A DNA stretch of 64,000 bases from Octopus vulgaris. Its lineage: Eukaryota. The notes beneath the pieces are model-generated. The model was not told the DNA's origin and searched no databases. It saw nothing but the letters and a program-made list of their open reading frames with translations. The position numbers and the translations under genes were made by a program. Positions 24,418 through 38,077 of this stretch are shown here, piece after piece; position 1 is the first letter of the stretch, and each line of letters opens with the position of its first letter. The stretch covers positions 36,890,001-36,954,000 of the forward strand of contig OX597818.1 of the NCBI GenBank assembly GCA_951406725.2, in the 5' to 3' direction.

Positions 24418-24948
24418 TTCACATGTACTGGAAATAAAAGATAAAGCTAAGTGAGGGAACAACAAACAGGTGTATTAGTTTGACGTCAGGAAGAATGGAA
24501 AAGTTTTTGACGGACAGAGGAAAAAATATGTCAGGATTAACAATTTAACATGCTGAAATGATCGAAAGAGGCTGAGTAAAGGGGAGATAACAGTGAACCG
24601 GTTGAACAGGGGTTCGTAACCGCATGTGTGTATGTAAGAATGGGGCATGTGAGTATGTATGTATGAATAGGGGTGAGTGCGTGTGAATGGATGTTTGAGT
24701 GTGCTTAAACTTATGAGCCTGAGATATATATGTGTGTATGTGTGTGCGTGTGTGTGTGTGTGTATGTTTGCACACACGTTACGGGTAACTAATAGAAGAA
24801 GGAGCACTCAATACCTGTGGCAGATTGTTATAATTTATTGAGCCAGTAGGAATCGTTGTATAGCTATACTTTGATGTTTAATGAGCACGAAAATTTGCCT
24901 CAATCAAAACTGTTATTAACACAAGTAAGTGGAAGGAATGGTGAAAGC

Positions 24949-25063
24949 TTCGCATTAACGAGACTCATATTAGTCTCGAAGTTACGTGATTAAGACTAAA
25001 TGCTCACTTCCTTGATAGGAAACTCTCGCTAACATAAGACTCGTAATATCTCGTCAATGCGAA
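24949..25063. repeat. Small imperfect inverted-repeat (MITE-like) element
   Basis: TTCGCATTAACGAGA ... TCTCGTCAATGCGAA. Confidence 0.45.
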
Positions 25064-25163
25064 ATTTGTGTTACCCCTACCACCTTATATCAATGAAAAT
25101 TTGCAAGCTGAATGACATATACATAAATATAGCGTCTAATAAAACTGGGGGAGGAGTAAACTC

Positions 25164-25542
25164 GGATCTTTTCGGTTTGAACGGCAGCTTTTTCTAGTGG
25201 TCTCATATGAAATTGTCACCCATAATTATGACCCTAGTATCTATCTATTGCATTTCAATCTGTTTTAGGGTTAGGGTTAGTAAATAAACCCAATGTTTCT
25301 TAAACGAGGGACATATTCATACGGCACAGAATGCTTTTTACCTCAGTGGACGTCATTGATTGGTTGAAATTGCAGAAATTGAAGAAAAAAAAACAACAAA
25401 TATCTTACAAACTATAGAATTTTCTCAATACAGCCAAGAGAAAAATATGTTTTATAAACACATTCTACCAGTATACGAAGTTTAAAATTTTTTAGTTACC
25501 TAGAAATTATGTTAAAAACTACCGTTCAAACCGAAAAGATCC
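25164..25542. mobile_element. MITE with 8-bp TSD (hAT/Merlin/P-type) and internal TTAGGG repeats
   Basis: TIR GGATCTTTTCGGTTTGAACGG, perfect TSD GTAAACTC (25156-25163 / 25543-25550). Confidence 0.9.
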
Positions 25543-25600
25543 GTAAACTCTGATTTCGGCTGACCTAATACTGTAATTATATATGTGCGAGCATGTGTAC

Positions 25601-25631
<31 letters not shown>

Positions 25632-25973
25632 GGAGAGAGAGGAGGGAAAGAGAGAGTGGTCTTGCCAGTCATTTGGCGGTTAAATCTCATTGTGTGCTTC
25701 TGACCCAATTGAGTTTCATTCAGTTTTCGATGTAATCAAGATCACATGTCCAGCGTTCTGATCACATGTTCTTTCTGCAAGTCAGATGTTCTCTACTGGA
25801 TTTAATATTAATGGAGGGGTGGTGTACATCTTTACAATAGATAACATTTCTCAAGCGTGACGAAATAGATGATAGATGCATACTCGGTCATATATATACG
25901 AGTGCGTGTATGTGTGTGTGTGTGTGTATGCGTGGGTGTGGGTGTTTGTGTGTGTATGTGTAGGTTTGTATGT

Positions 25974-26022
<49 letters not shown>

Positions 26023-26954
26023 CAGATCTTAATTAAATCATTTTCCAGTTGGGAAATCTTTTATTTAATTTCTCTTTCAATTAAATTCTCCCCAAACTAA
26101 CATTCATATCCTGGACTCTTTCATGTGAAACCTAAAGCAGCTGTTACTGTAATTTAGCCCCAGGTTCACCTGCATTAAGCAAACTTAAATTCAAAGGTAT
26201 TTCAGCCTGTTCCTCCCAGTTTTTAGGGGTGCCTAGTATTAATTTATCGAATGTATCTTCAAGTTTATTATTTACGACGTTGTAGAGAGCGAGCGGCAGA
26301 ATTGTCACCACGCTGTACAAAATACTAGGCGGCCCTTCATCCGTCTTTTACATTCTGAGTTGAAACTCCGCCTTGGTCGACTTTCCCTTTCATTCTTTCG
26401 GGTCGAGAAAATAAGTTGCAGTTGAACATATTCAATAATCTAGTCGTTTGTGTGACTGTAAAAACAAACAGAACAGTCAAAGAAAGGATCTCTTAAATCA
26501 TATCTCTTAAGACATGGTTAACCTGTCACTAAGCAACAACAAAAACATTGCAGGAAACCGTATGATCATAGTGATGGACTCTCTCGTCGAAGACGACCTA
26601 CGAGTGTCCAGCTTTTGCCGAACGACCTGCACAAATGATTTGCTTATTGTGATCAAATGTGTTACCCCTACCACCTTATATCAATGAAAATTTGCAAGCT
26701 AAATGACATATACATAAATATAGCGTCTAATAAAACTGGGGTAGGAGTAAACTCGGATCTTTTCGGTTTGAACAGGTACACGATGTACCACACGTCGAAG
26801 TGGTCGTAGCGCAACGTGAGATAGAGCGTTTTTTTTTTTTTCGAGAACACAACGCACCACCCAGTCTAGGAAGTGAAACCGTCATCTCGCGATCGTGAGT
26901 GCAACACTCGAACCACTAGGCCATGCGTCCTAATAATGATAATAATAATAATAT

Positions 26955-27379
26955 ACCACAGATTTGCTTGTCAGTTGTTTCACCTTAACCATTTGAGCAT
27001 GTCCCTTAGTGGCTGACGATATGTACATCTCTGATCACGAGCAGAAGTATTGGAGGAGCATCATAGCCATGTGTTGAGAGGGATTCTTTGGGGTTTGGAT
27101 AATTCACCCCCGGAAACATCGGCGTTTCGTTCAACATCCTTAAACAACCCATATTCAGAGACCTTTTGAGTGGGATGGGTTACACGACCAGAAGAAAACT
27201 TTAAGTGGGCCACACCTGCAAGGTCATGCGCTGTTTATCTTGATATGAGATCCCCATTTCGCGCGCATATGGTTGTGATGCATGTGTACCCTTATCGGAC
27301 AGGTAGTCATGATGGGTATACTGGGCTTCGTATATTTTACCCCAGTGTCACTTTGATAGCATGCACTGCTCTCTCACTC

Positions 27380-27435
<56 letters not shown>

Positions 27436-27820
27436 TTAATGCCTTGATGCAGTACCAGGCAGTGGCTCTCATGTCTTCTGATCTCAACTGATTGAAAGTG
27501 TTATCATGTACATTGTTCTGTCTTGGTATAAAAGATGGGCTACAGTCAATATTCTGCTCAATACTACAGATTTGCTTGTCAGTTGCATGTCCCTTAGTGG
27601 CTGACGAATGGGCATCTCTGATCACGAGCAGAAGTAGTGGGGGGGGAGCATCATAGCCATGTGTTAAGAGGAATTGTTTGGAGTTTGTATAGTTCACCTT
27701 TGGAAACATTCGCGTTTTGTTCATCACCCTTAAACAATCCTTATTCAGGGACTTTTTGAGCGAGATCGACTACTCGACCTGAACAAAATTCTAACTGAGC
27801 CCCACCTGGAAGGTCATGCG
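26955..27820 (+). mobile_element. Two partial tandem copies of a retroelement 3' region in (AAT)n
   Basis: ACAGATTTGCTTGTCAGTTG...GATCACGAGCAGAAGTA...AAGGTCATGCG shared by both copies, each bounded by (AAT)n. Confidence 0.6.
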
Positions 27821-27918
27821 GTCCTCGGCGGGATTTGAGCACATTATGTAAAGAACAAGAAAAAATACCACAACGCATTTTGTCCGACTCGTTAATGATT
27901 CTGCCAGTTCGCTGCCAC

Positions 27919-27953
<35 letters not shown>

Positions 27954-28157
27954 TAATAATAATAATAATGGTTTCAATTTTGGAGGAGAGGATGAGTCGA
28001 CTACATGATTCCAGTGTCCAACTGGTACTTATTTTATCGATCCCGAGAGGATGAAGGGCTAAGTCAACCTCGGTGCTAACGATTCTGCCAGTTCGCTACC
28101 ATAATAATAATAATAATAATAATAATGATAATAATAATAATACTGATAATGATAATA

Positions 28158-28563
28158 GGCGTAGGAGTGGCTGTGTGGTAAGTAGCTTGGTTACGAACCA
28201 CATCGTTCCAGGTTCAGTCCCACTGCGTGGTACCTTGCGCAAGTGTTTTCTACTATAGCCTCGAGCCGACCAAAGACTTGAGAGTGGATTTGGTTGACCG
28301 AAACTGAAAGAAACCCGTCGTATATATGTATATATGAATGTGTGTGTGTATGTTTGTGTGTCTGTGATTGCCCCCCCCTCCAACATAGTTTGACAACCGA
28401 TGCTGGTATGTTTACGTCCCCGTAGCGGTTCGGCAAAGGAGACCGATAGAATAAGTACTAAGCTTACAAAGAATAATTCCTGGGGTCGATTTGCTCGATT
28501 AAAGGCGGTGCTCCAGCATGGCCACAGTCAAATGACTGAAACAAGTAAAAGAGAGTAAAAGAG
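28158..28563 (+). mobile_element. SINE family D (CORE-like), full length
   Basis: Head GGCGTAGGAGTGGCTGTGTGG, CORE-like ACCTTG(G/C)GCAAGTG, internal (TA/TG)n, GTAAAAGA tail. Confidence 0.9.
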
Positions 28564-28622
28564 TAATAATAATAATAATAACAATAATAGTAATATTGAT
28601 AATAATAATGATAATAACAAAA

Positions 28623-28664
<42 letters not shown>

Positions 28665-28745
28665 GTAATATTGATGATGATGATGATAATAATAATAATA
28701 GTAATATTGATGATAATAATAATAATAATAGTAGTATCGATGATG

Positions 28746-28796
<51 letters not shown>

Positions 28797-28812
28797 GTAA
28801 AAATAATAATAA
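28563..28812. repeat. (AAT/GAT)n microsatellite
   Basis: Directly visible. Confidence 0.95.
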
Positions 28813-29328
28813 ATCAGCTGTGTGAATACTATCTTATATTACCGTTCGTGACGACATTGTATCACCTGTGACTATGACGTATCTGCCAGTGACGACAACA
28901 ATGACGACAACAATAAACCAGCAACGGCGATTGTTGCACAAAACTGTTAATATAATATTTATAACAGAGTTAACGAAACATTGCTATATCATTCTGCAAT
29001 GATGATGATATTATCACTGATGACGACAACGACGATGATGATGATGATGATGACGATGATAATGGTAACGAGGATGGTCGTGGTGGTAGTGGTGGTGGTG
29101 GTGGTCGACTAGTGTTGTAGGGTGGGGGGTGGAGATAAACATGATGAGATATCCTTTGTGGCGATGTTGATACGTAAACTGTGGCGTTTATAAAATAATC
29201 TCGTCGCCGATCCATGGTCTTCGATGGCAACGCTGTCAGAGATTACGTGAGCAATGAACCGAGCCAACCGGGGAAACACTACGCAGACGCTTTAATCAAA
29301 CAATTTATGCAATTGTTCGAGCTGCTAG

Positions 29329-29379
<51 letters not shown>

Positions 29380-29397
29380 TATATATGCATAAAACAA

Positions 29398-29790
29398 TTC
29401 GCTTATATATAGTTTCAGGGTTCATCCAAGGCCGGGACCAGGGGCCATACGTCCCCTGCCCAATTCAGGATCACAGCATATAGGTACACTGCAACATAAT
29501 TTCTTTTCCTCAACAGGCCCTGCCCTGTTTGACATTGTCCTGAAAGAGATGAAATAGGAAAAGGATCCCATCAACTTTAAACGGAGTCTGGATAGATTTC
29601 TTCAAGGAATACCGGATAAGCCACCCATAATTGGATACAACTCACCCAACAAAAACTCACTACTTGAATGGACCATAAACAAAACTTGACTTAAGCAGGA
29701 TTTAGATAATCCTACAAGGTGGTGCTATTAAGTTAGACATGGCCTGGACCAATCTTTGGTCGAAGCATATCTAAGTTTTATCTAAATTTT
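29398..29790 (+). mobile_element. CR1/L2-group LINE 3' fragment
   Basis: NFFSSTGPALFDIV...FKRSLDRFLQGIPDKP. Homologues at 35978-36403 and 51838-52228. Confidence 0.8.
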
Positions 29791-29812
29791 CTAAGTTTTG
29801 TGTATATATACA

Positions 29813-30163
29813 CGAGCAAAACGCCCCCCGTCCGATGAACGGTGCTGAGTTTCAAACATTTAAACCAAATTTTCTCAAAACAACTTGTCCGACTGTCCCA
29901 TAGGCCTCCCCTTTGAGAAACATTGATTTAACCTAAATTTGAGACCAGCAAAAGACCGATTCCGACTGATGTGCTTGCGCGTACAAATGCACGTTCCCAC
30001 GGCTTTATCGATCGCATTCTCACCTGGGAGCGATTTTTGTAATTTTTTCAAGAGTTTTACACGCCCTAATACCGTCAGTATCTACATATCAAATTTGAGC
30101 GCAATCGGATGGAGGATGCCCGAGATCCTAGAAGATACAGACAGAACGGATTTTATATAATAT
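29813..30163 (-). mobile_element. Non-autonomous Helitron-like element, family 2
   Basis: Reverse-complement homologue of 11997-12556. Confidence 0.7.
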
Positions 30164-30229
30164 ATATATGTATGCCATCCTGACGAAAATTCTTTATTTC
30201 CTCATATCCTTTATATCTGTGTATGTGTG

Positions 30230-30267
30230 TGTATAAAATATATATAAATATAATATATATATGAATA

Positions 30268-30325
<58 letters not shown>

Positions 30326-30865
30326 ATATATGCAAATATGTATAAATATATGTATATATATATATTATATATATATGTATATATATATATAATATATATA
30401 TATGCATATTTATTTATATATATATATATATTTCAGTAATAATAAAAGGGTGAAATTAATTAATTAGGGATAATTATCAATTACACCAAGTAGATTTCGT
30501 ATGTAAAAGCCCCATTCGAGGAAAATTTAAGTAATACTATAATTAAGGGTTTAGCAACGAATACTCACCAACACACCGAATTTAGAAATAGCAGTCAAAG
30601 AGATATAGCTATTCCTTCTACTAAAGGGGGATCTCAGTAAAAACACAGCACTTAAAACTTGATCTCGAAACGTACGTCCGTAGGTAACTTAAAATTGCAT
30701 GATGGATTGCCGTCATTTCATTCTTTCCTTCTTACCTGTCTGTGTTTGCCTTTTAAGTGCTGTGTTTTTACTGAGATCCCCATTTTAGTAGAAGGAATAG
30801 CTATATATATAATCTGTATATATATGCATATATATACCTACATGTATATTATATATACAGTATTA

Positions 30866-30922
<57 letters not shown>

Positions 30923-30980
30923 ATATATATACAAATATGTATAGATATATATGTATATATATATAATATATATATATACA

Positions 30981-31027
<47 letters not shown>

Positions 31028-31556
31028 ATATATATATACAAATATGTATATATATATGTATATATGTATACATATATATGTATATATATATCTGTATACA
31101 TATGCATATATATACATACATATATATATACATATATATATACATATATATATATATGTATTTATGTATATATACATATATAAACATATATATATACATA
31201 CATATATATATACATATATATATATGTATTTATGTATATATACATATATATATATGTATTTATGTATATATACATATATATATATGTATTTATGTATATA
31301 TACATATATATATATATCTTTATATATGTATATATACATATATATATACATATTTGTATATATGTATATATACATAAATACATACATATATATGTATATA
31401 TATATATGTATGTATATATATGCATATATATACAGATATATATACAAATATATGTATACATATTTACATATATATATACATATATACATGTATGTATATA
31501 TATATATATACACATATATACATATATATATGTAATGTGTATATATGTATCTGTAC

Positions 31557-31609
<53 letters not shown>

Positions 31610-31610
31610 G
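30230..31610. repeat. Long compound (TA)n/(TACA)n tract containing a fold-back insert
   Basis: Directly visible. Inverted repeat at 30603-30657 / 30751-30806. Confidence 0.9.
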
Positions 31611-31611
31611 G

Positions 31612-32070
31612 TATGTAGGGTGTATCCCAGCTGTTTCCTCTTGAAGCACATCTGCTTATTCTATTATTCCGGTGGCTCGTGACGAATGAGCTTGTTTGGT
31701 GGAGAAGGCTGAAAAGGCTGAGCAGAGTTCGGATGGTACCTCTCTAAGAGTAGACCCGTGAGTCGGAGAGAAGGAATTGGAGAGGATACTTGCTGCTAGG
31801 GATTCAGGGAAATCTCGGACAGTGAGGTTCCTAGATTACCCCTAGAGGCCTTCCTGCATTAGGAGGGCCACATCTCTATCATCATCCCGCCATTTTGTTT
31901 TTGCTTTTGTATGCTATGCATATGTCCATACTTTTTCAGGCTATACCGTGTATACTTCTCCATTTTTTATCTTTTCATTATACGTAAACCCCAACACTTT
32001 ATGTCTAAGTCTGTATTATGCACCTCATCCTTCCCCCTTGTGGCAAATAAATGAAATCATTATCATTATT
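31612..32070 (+). mobile_element. Probable LINE 3' end (L1/Tx1-like 3' UTR)
   Basis: GC-richer segment then pyrimidine-rich UTR ending CCCCTTGTGGCAAATAAATGAAAT(CAT)n, similar to other termini in the window. Confidence 0.45.
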
Positions 32071-32078
32071 GTTATTTT

Positions 32079-32310
32079 ACTGTCTTTGCACAGCTTCTAA
32101 CGCTGGAGATGTACTACGGTGTCAGTTGTTCACTACCAGTGAACTAAGGTAACACCCCTTATTTTTCAAGCATCATCCGGAGTATTCGAGCGGTTCCAAG
32201 CAGTTTTCTGCAAGTGCTCTACTCTTATTGCTGTCCCTATTTTTCCATGTACTTTTCAAGATTTTTGTTCCCAGGGTTCCGATTCACTGTTCCCAGGGTT
32301 CCGACAATTA

Positions 32311-32312
<2 letters not shown>
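32079..32312 (-). mobile_element. R4/Dong-like (RLE endonuclease) LINE 3' end in (ATT)n
   Basis: IIVGTLGTV...KNLEKYM...VEHLQKTA..GTARILRMMLEK*. Confidence 0.8.
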
Positions 32313-32351
<39 letters not shown>

Positions 32352-32475
32352 TCTGTGTTTGGAGAATTTCTAATGGGATATCGCTAAAATTTCTATATAA
32401 CATGTAAAACTTTGTAATTCCTATTAGCAAATGAAACACATTTAATGAAGAATAAATAATACCAAAAAATTTCTA

Positions 32476-32540
<65 letters not shown>

Positions 32541-32569
32541 AATGCATACATACATACATACATACAATT

Positions 32570-32790
32570 TGCCACAGATTTGAGAAATCTGCAGTTACTC
32601 TATCCAGATTACAAGTTCAAGTTTATACCTGTAATTATTGGGTCCCTCGGATATGTAACACACTGTCTAAATACTAATCTTGAGAAATTAGGCTTCTCAA
32701 AACCAGAAACCAGAAAGCTAATTCGAAGACTGCAAATCTAATTTATCACTGGAACTGTAAAAATCTGTAAAACTTTCCTTACGTTTAACA
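32570..32790 (+). mobile_element. RLE-clade LINE C-terminal fragment
   Basis: LQLLYPDYKFKFIPVIIGSLGYV...LIRRLQI*FITGTVKICKTFL. Confidence 0.75.
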
Positions 32791-33001
32791 TATATATATA
32801 TAAGTATATATGAGCATGTCTAAATATACAACTATATGCATGAGAATATATACATAAAACATACAAATCTGCACATACATACATACATACATCGATAAAA
32901 TATCCTGTTGAAATTCCAATGAAGGAGCGTTGGATCTTGGTTAGAAACTGATTCTCTATTAGCAAGAAATCTTGAAGTGAACTAAATAATGATATACATA
33001 C

Positions 33002-33057
<56 letters not shown>

Positions 33058-33204
33058 TGCATGAACTAAAAGTTGGAGGGCGACGAGATAAACTGCATGC
33101 ATCAAATTACTATAAAAGCAGGTAGTAATTTTACCTTGTACTTATTCTTTGAGCAAGTTTTGAACCGTGCTATTCGATTTTAAGTTATTTTTTTCAAAGC
33201 TATA

Positions 33205-33990
33205 ATGGAAGTGACAAAGGAGCATATACGGCATATTTTGCTTTATGAGTTCAATAAAGGCATCAACGCAATGGAAAGTGCGAGGAATTTTAATGCAGTA
33301 TTTGGGGTTCTGACAATAAGCGTAAGCCAGTGTCAACGGTGGTCCCAGAAATTCCGAGCCGGAAACTAAAGTCTAGAAGATGAGCAGCGTCCTGGAAGAT
33401 CTGTAGAGCTCGAAGAGGACGTACGGCAAACCCTGGTGGAACAAAATCCCATCATAAATGTTGATGAACTAGCAGAGAAGCTTGGAGTTGGTCGTTCAGC
33501 CATTCATCGACACCTGACCACTATCGGAAAAGTCAGCAACTTGGGTCAGTGGGTTCCCCAAAAACTTTCTGATTTTAATCGCACGCAGAGAGTGAATGTG
33601 CGCTCTTCTTTGCTGTCAATTCTTACGAATAGACCTTTTTTAGACTCGTGCGAGAAATAGGATCTCCATAAAAATGTCAAGAGCAGGCTAAAGAAGGTCT
33701 TCACCCTCGTAAGTTGTTGTTATGTTTGGTGAGATATGAAAGGATTATTCCACTTTGAACTTTTAAACCCAAACCAACCGAATACAAAGGAGATCAACTG
33801 CGAGCAGCTTGAACGACCTGAGTCAGCGCTAGAAGAAAATAGACTATCTTTTGTTTCAAAACGAAGGGTGTTCTTCCATCAGGATAATGCTCGGCCACAT
33901 ACAATGAGGATGACATTCCAAAGGGTGAGGCAGTTTGAATGGGAAATGATGCCCCACTCATCATATTCGCCGGACATTACCCCGGCGAAT
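33205..33990 (+). pseudogene. Mariner (DD34D-type) transposase pseudogene, 3'-truncated
   Basis: HIRHILLYEF, SLEDEQRPGR, GQWVPQKL, FHQDNARPH, PHSSYSPDITP. Stops and deletions present. Confidence 0.92.
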
Positions 33991-34003
33991 ATATATATAT
34001 ATA

Positions 34004-34516
34004 CTAGCAGTATCGCCCGGCGTTGCTCGGGTTTGTAAGGGAAATAACTATATAAGCATTTTTAGAGAGTTACTTCCCTTATAGATGCCAATTCGGGCTT
34101 TCTTAGCTATTTCTATTTTGATGTCTTCAAGCCATGAAGTCGTTGTTCTAAAAGAACGCTGGTCTCCTTGACAACGCTTTACGACGTTGATTTCCTTAAA
34201 CTCCCTTCCCCACAGCTTCACGAGAGAGGGAAGAAGGGGGAGAAGCAAACAGGTGCAGGTGTGACCATGGACGCCAACTCCGCCGCCATCGACACACGAA
34301 AAATTATGCATTAAAATGGAATAAAAAATGATGTTAAATTATTTTTAAAATCGTAGACTCATCGTAGACGCGCGCTAATACTCAGACGGGCTCGATATGA
34401 ATCACGACTATAAGATACCCGAATTTGGTTAAACTGCACTGCAAAATGTGGGAGTAGTTAGGAATCTAAATCGAAGGGGACAGACACTCACACAACTACA
34501 GTTTTATATATATAGA
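34004..34516 (-). mobile_element. Non-autonomous Helitron, family 1
   Basis: Reverse complement has TC start and CTAG end. Homologous to 10678-11074. Confidence 0.85.
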
Positions 34517-34519
34517 TAT

Positions 34520-34803
34520 GAGGTCGTTTCCAGTGCCGCTGGATTGGCTCCTGTGCAGGGGGCACGTAAAAAACACCATTTGAGCGTGGCCGTTGCCAGT
34601 GACGCCAGACTGGCCCTCGTGCCGGTGGCACATAAAAGCACCCACTACACTCTCGGAGTGGTTGGCGTTAGGAAGGGCATCCAGCTGTAGAAACTCTGCC
34701 AGATCAAGACTGGAGCCTGGTGCAGGCATCTGGTTCGCCATCCCTCAGACAAAACGTTCAACCCATGCTAGCATGGAAAGCGGACGTTAAACGATGATGA
34801 TGA
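34520..34803 (+). mobile_element. SINE 3' half with RTE-type tail
   Basis: GGTTGGCGTTAGGAAGGGCATCCAGC...GGACGTTAAACGATGATGA. Confidence 0.7.
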
Positions 34804-34944
34804 TATATATTATATATATATAGTGGTTTTATGATGATATATATATATATATATATACACTTCCATTTTCATGTGTGGATTTATTTTTTTCAGCGTTTCA
34901 ACTCTTTGAATATATGTGTGTGTATGTAAAAGGAGAGTATGTGA

Positions 34945-34990
<46 letters not shown>

Positions 34991-35307
34991 AAACCTTCCA
35001 GTTTACTATAGTTATCAACAACTAAGCATTTTTATTAAATTGAGTTTTTTGTTGGTTCTTTTTCTTAATTTTTGTTTTCTTAAAATATTTTGGGGTTTTT
35101 TTTAACTTTCTTTTGGATGTTTGAATACAAAGAGGAGATAAATATTTAGAAGATAGCAGGTTTTACAGCAACATCAAACTACCCGGGTTAAACCGAGAAG
35201 AACAGCTAGCACATATATATGTGTGTGTGTCTGTCTGTCTATGTGTTTGTGTATGTATATAAAATATACACCATGTGTACATATATAACCCATTATATGT
35301 ATGTATG

Positions 35308-35369
<62 letters not shown>

Positions 35370-35757
35370 CATATATATATGCATTTATATATATATGTAC
35401 ATATACCCACATGCATAAAATTCTTTCCTTTTTTATTATTTTTTTGCTGGTGGGGATAATGAATTTCGGAGCAGATGGATAAAGTTGTAAATAATAGCAT
35501 GCAACTATTGATTTGAAACGGCCTTTTCGGATAGAAAACGTCCAGGATTACCTAATCCAAAGCCGGATTTTCAACCTAACATTTACATGTTATTATTTAT
35601 AGCTCTATCATTTGCTACGAGCTCCAGTAATCCACAAAAATATTACTTCACATTCTCCTCAAAGTTATAAATTCTTATGACGTCAACGATATGTGTGTGT
35701 GTGTGTCTGTGTGTGTGTGTCTGTGTGTGTGTGTCTGTGTGTGTGTATCTGTGTGTG

Positions 35758-35789
<32 letters not shown>

Positions 35790-35794
35790 CCATG

Positions 35795-35970
35795 AAAGAT
35801 CGCTAGCCACTACAAATTCTTTATTTTCTCTCCTTGTTTCTTTCTGTGTTCCTTTCTGTGGAAGAGCGTAGACTCGAAACGTTAAAGACTATTTCACTTC
35901 CCGAGCGTTAAACTAATACCTCTCTTTGTTGTCTACACCACCTGTCTTCGTCTTTTTTTTTTTCTTTTTT
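35795..35970 (+). mobile_element. Short element with U6-variant hammerhead-like motif (35852-35887)
   Basis: CTTT CTGTGGA A GAGCGTAGACTC GAAA CGTT AAAG. Confidence 0.6.
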
Positions 35971-35977
35971 TTGTGAT

Positions 35978-36403
35978 ACCCCATTTGCACGATGTGAAGA
36001 ATATACCGCCAGCATTGCCCAAACGACCTCAACATTAGCTTCAAAATTCATCCAAGGCTAGGACACGGGCCATACGTCCCTGACCCAATTCAGGATCACA
36101 ACGCATAAATACACTGCAACACAATTTCTTTTTCTCAACAGGCCCTGCCGTATTTGACATTGTCACAAAACAGATCAAAGAGGAAAAGTATCCCATCACC
36201 TTTAAATGGAATGTGGATAAATTTCTTCAAGGAATACCAGATAAGTCACCTATACCTAGATACAACTCACTCAACAAGGATACCCTACAAGTATGGACCA
36301 TGATACCGCAAAACTTGACTTAAAAAGGATTTAGATAATCTTATCAAGTGGTACTATTTAATTAGACATGGCCTGGACCAATCTTTGGTCGAAACGTATC
36401 TTT
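35978..36403 (+). mobile_element. CR1/L2-group LINE 3' fragment
   Basis: Homologous to 29398-29790. Confidence 0.8.
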
Positions 36404-36415
36404 TTATCAAAGTTG

Positions 36416-36492
<77 letters not shown>

Positions 36493-36536
36493 AAGTAATA
36501 TGGACAGCCCGTATGTATTTACATATATTTACACAG

Positions 36537-36587
<51 letters not shown>

Positions 36588-36649
36588 TAAATAAACATAT
36601 ATTCACATATGTACATAAATACATACATACACACACACACACACATATA

Positions 36650-36695
<46 letters not shown>

Positions 36696-36844
36696 AATAT
36701 GGACAGCCGTATACAATGTGTTACCAAAAAGGTAAACTATAATTGTCATTGAGTATGACTGAAGGTGTTAGAACAGCTACATTGCTAGAAATAAGAGCTA
36801 AAATGCTCTAATGCTGTATTTGAAGCTCATAATTTTATACATAT

Positions 36845-37228
36845 GGAAGCACTCCGTCGGTTACGACGACGAGGGTTCCGGTAGATCCGAATCAACGGAA
36901 CAGCCTGCTCGTGAAATTAACGTGTAAGTGGCTGAGCACTCCACAGACACGTGTACCCTTAACGTAGTTCTCGGGGATATTCAACGTGACACAGAGAGTG
37001 ACAAGGCCGGCCCTTTGAAATACAGGTACAACAAAAACAGGAAGTAAGAGTGAGAGAAAGTTGTGGTGAAAGAGTACAGCAGGGATCACCACCATCCCCT
37101 GCCGGAGCCTCGTGGAGCTTTAGGTGTTTTCGTTCAATAAACACTCACAACGTCCGGTCTGGGAATCGAAACCGCGATCCTATGACCGCGAGTCCGCTGC
37201 CCAAACCACTGGGCCATTGCGCCTCCAC
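36845..37228 (-). mobile_element. tRNA-derived SINE, head A + tail X
   Basis: 14-bp TSD AATTTTATACATAT. Confidence 0.95.
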
Positions 37229-37278
37229 AATTTTATACATATATACTGGCAGGGACTGTATTAGCCCGAAAATAACGG

Positions 37279-37323
<45 letters not shown>

Positions 37324-37998
37324 GATAATCTCAGCAGGAGTCCCCACATCACCAAAAAGTCGATATAGCTCGTAGGATGAGCTCCTGAATCCTAAGAACA
37401 TTCCTGAAAATTGGAACCACAGCTAACCTTAGGAATGTAGGAATATATTCGCTAAACTATTCAAAAGTGGTATTTAGGCTCTGTCATTCTAGGCAGAATA
37501 AAGATCTTTCCCAATAGTTTAGCCTTCCTATTAAAATTTCTTTTAAGTCCCACGATAATACATTAAGATGTATGAAGAGTCTCCCAACCTATTCATACTT
37601 GCAGGAACCATAACTATAACTTTCTCATACGATATCTCCATTTTGAAATTAGTTTTCATATGCCTTTATCATGCTACCAGCATCGACTCGTCTAAATTCA
37701 ACCCATAAGTAACAAAGCATTTAATGCACGCCTTATTCGTGAACAACCAAGCCCGAGTCCGAACTCACATTGCACTGTCATCCTTTCGATATAATGAAGT
37801 TTTCCTTTTACTCAATATATTGAGTTCTGTATCAGATAATATTTGCGCTGTGTATGATATATTTTAATATACCTTACAGTTCTTGCATTACTATGCATAC
37901 ATAGACGGACAGACAGTCAGTGTCAGATAGATAGATAGACAGACACAGAGAGAGAGTTAGAGAGAGAGACACAGAGAGAGAGAGAGAGTTAGAGAGAG

Positions 37999-38077
<79 letters not shown>

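Noticed and set aside
25265-25280. Telomere or chromosome-fusion signature
   Set aside because: Only about three TTAGGG units, internal to a MITE
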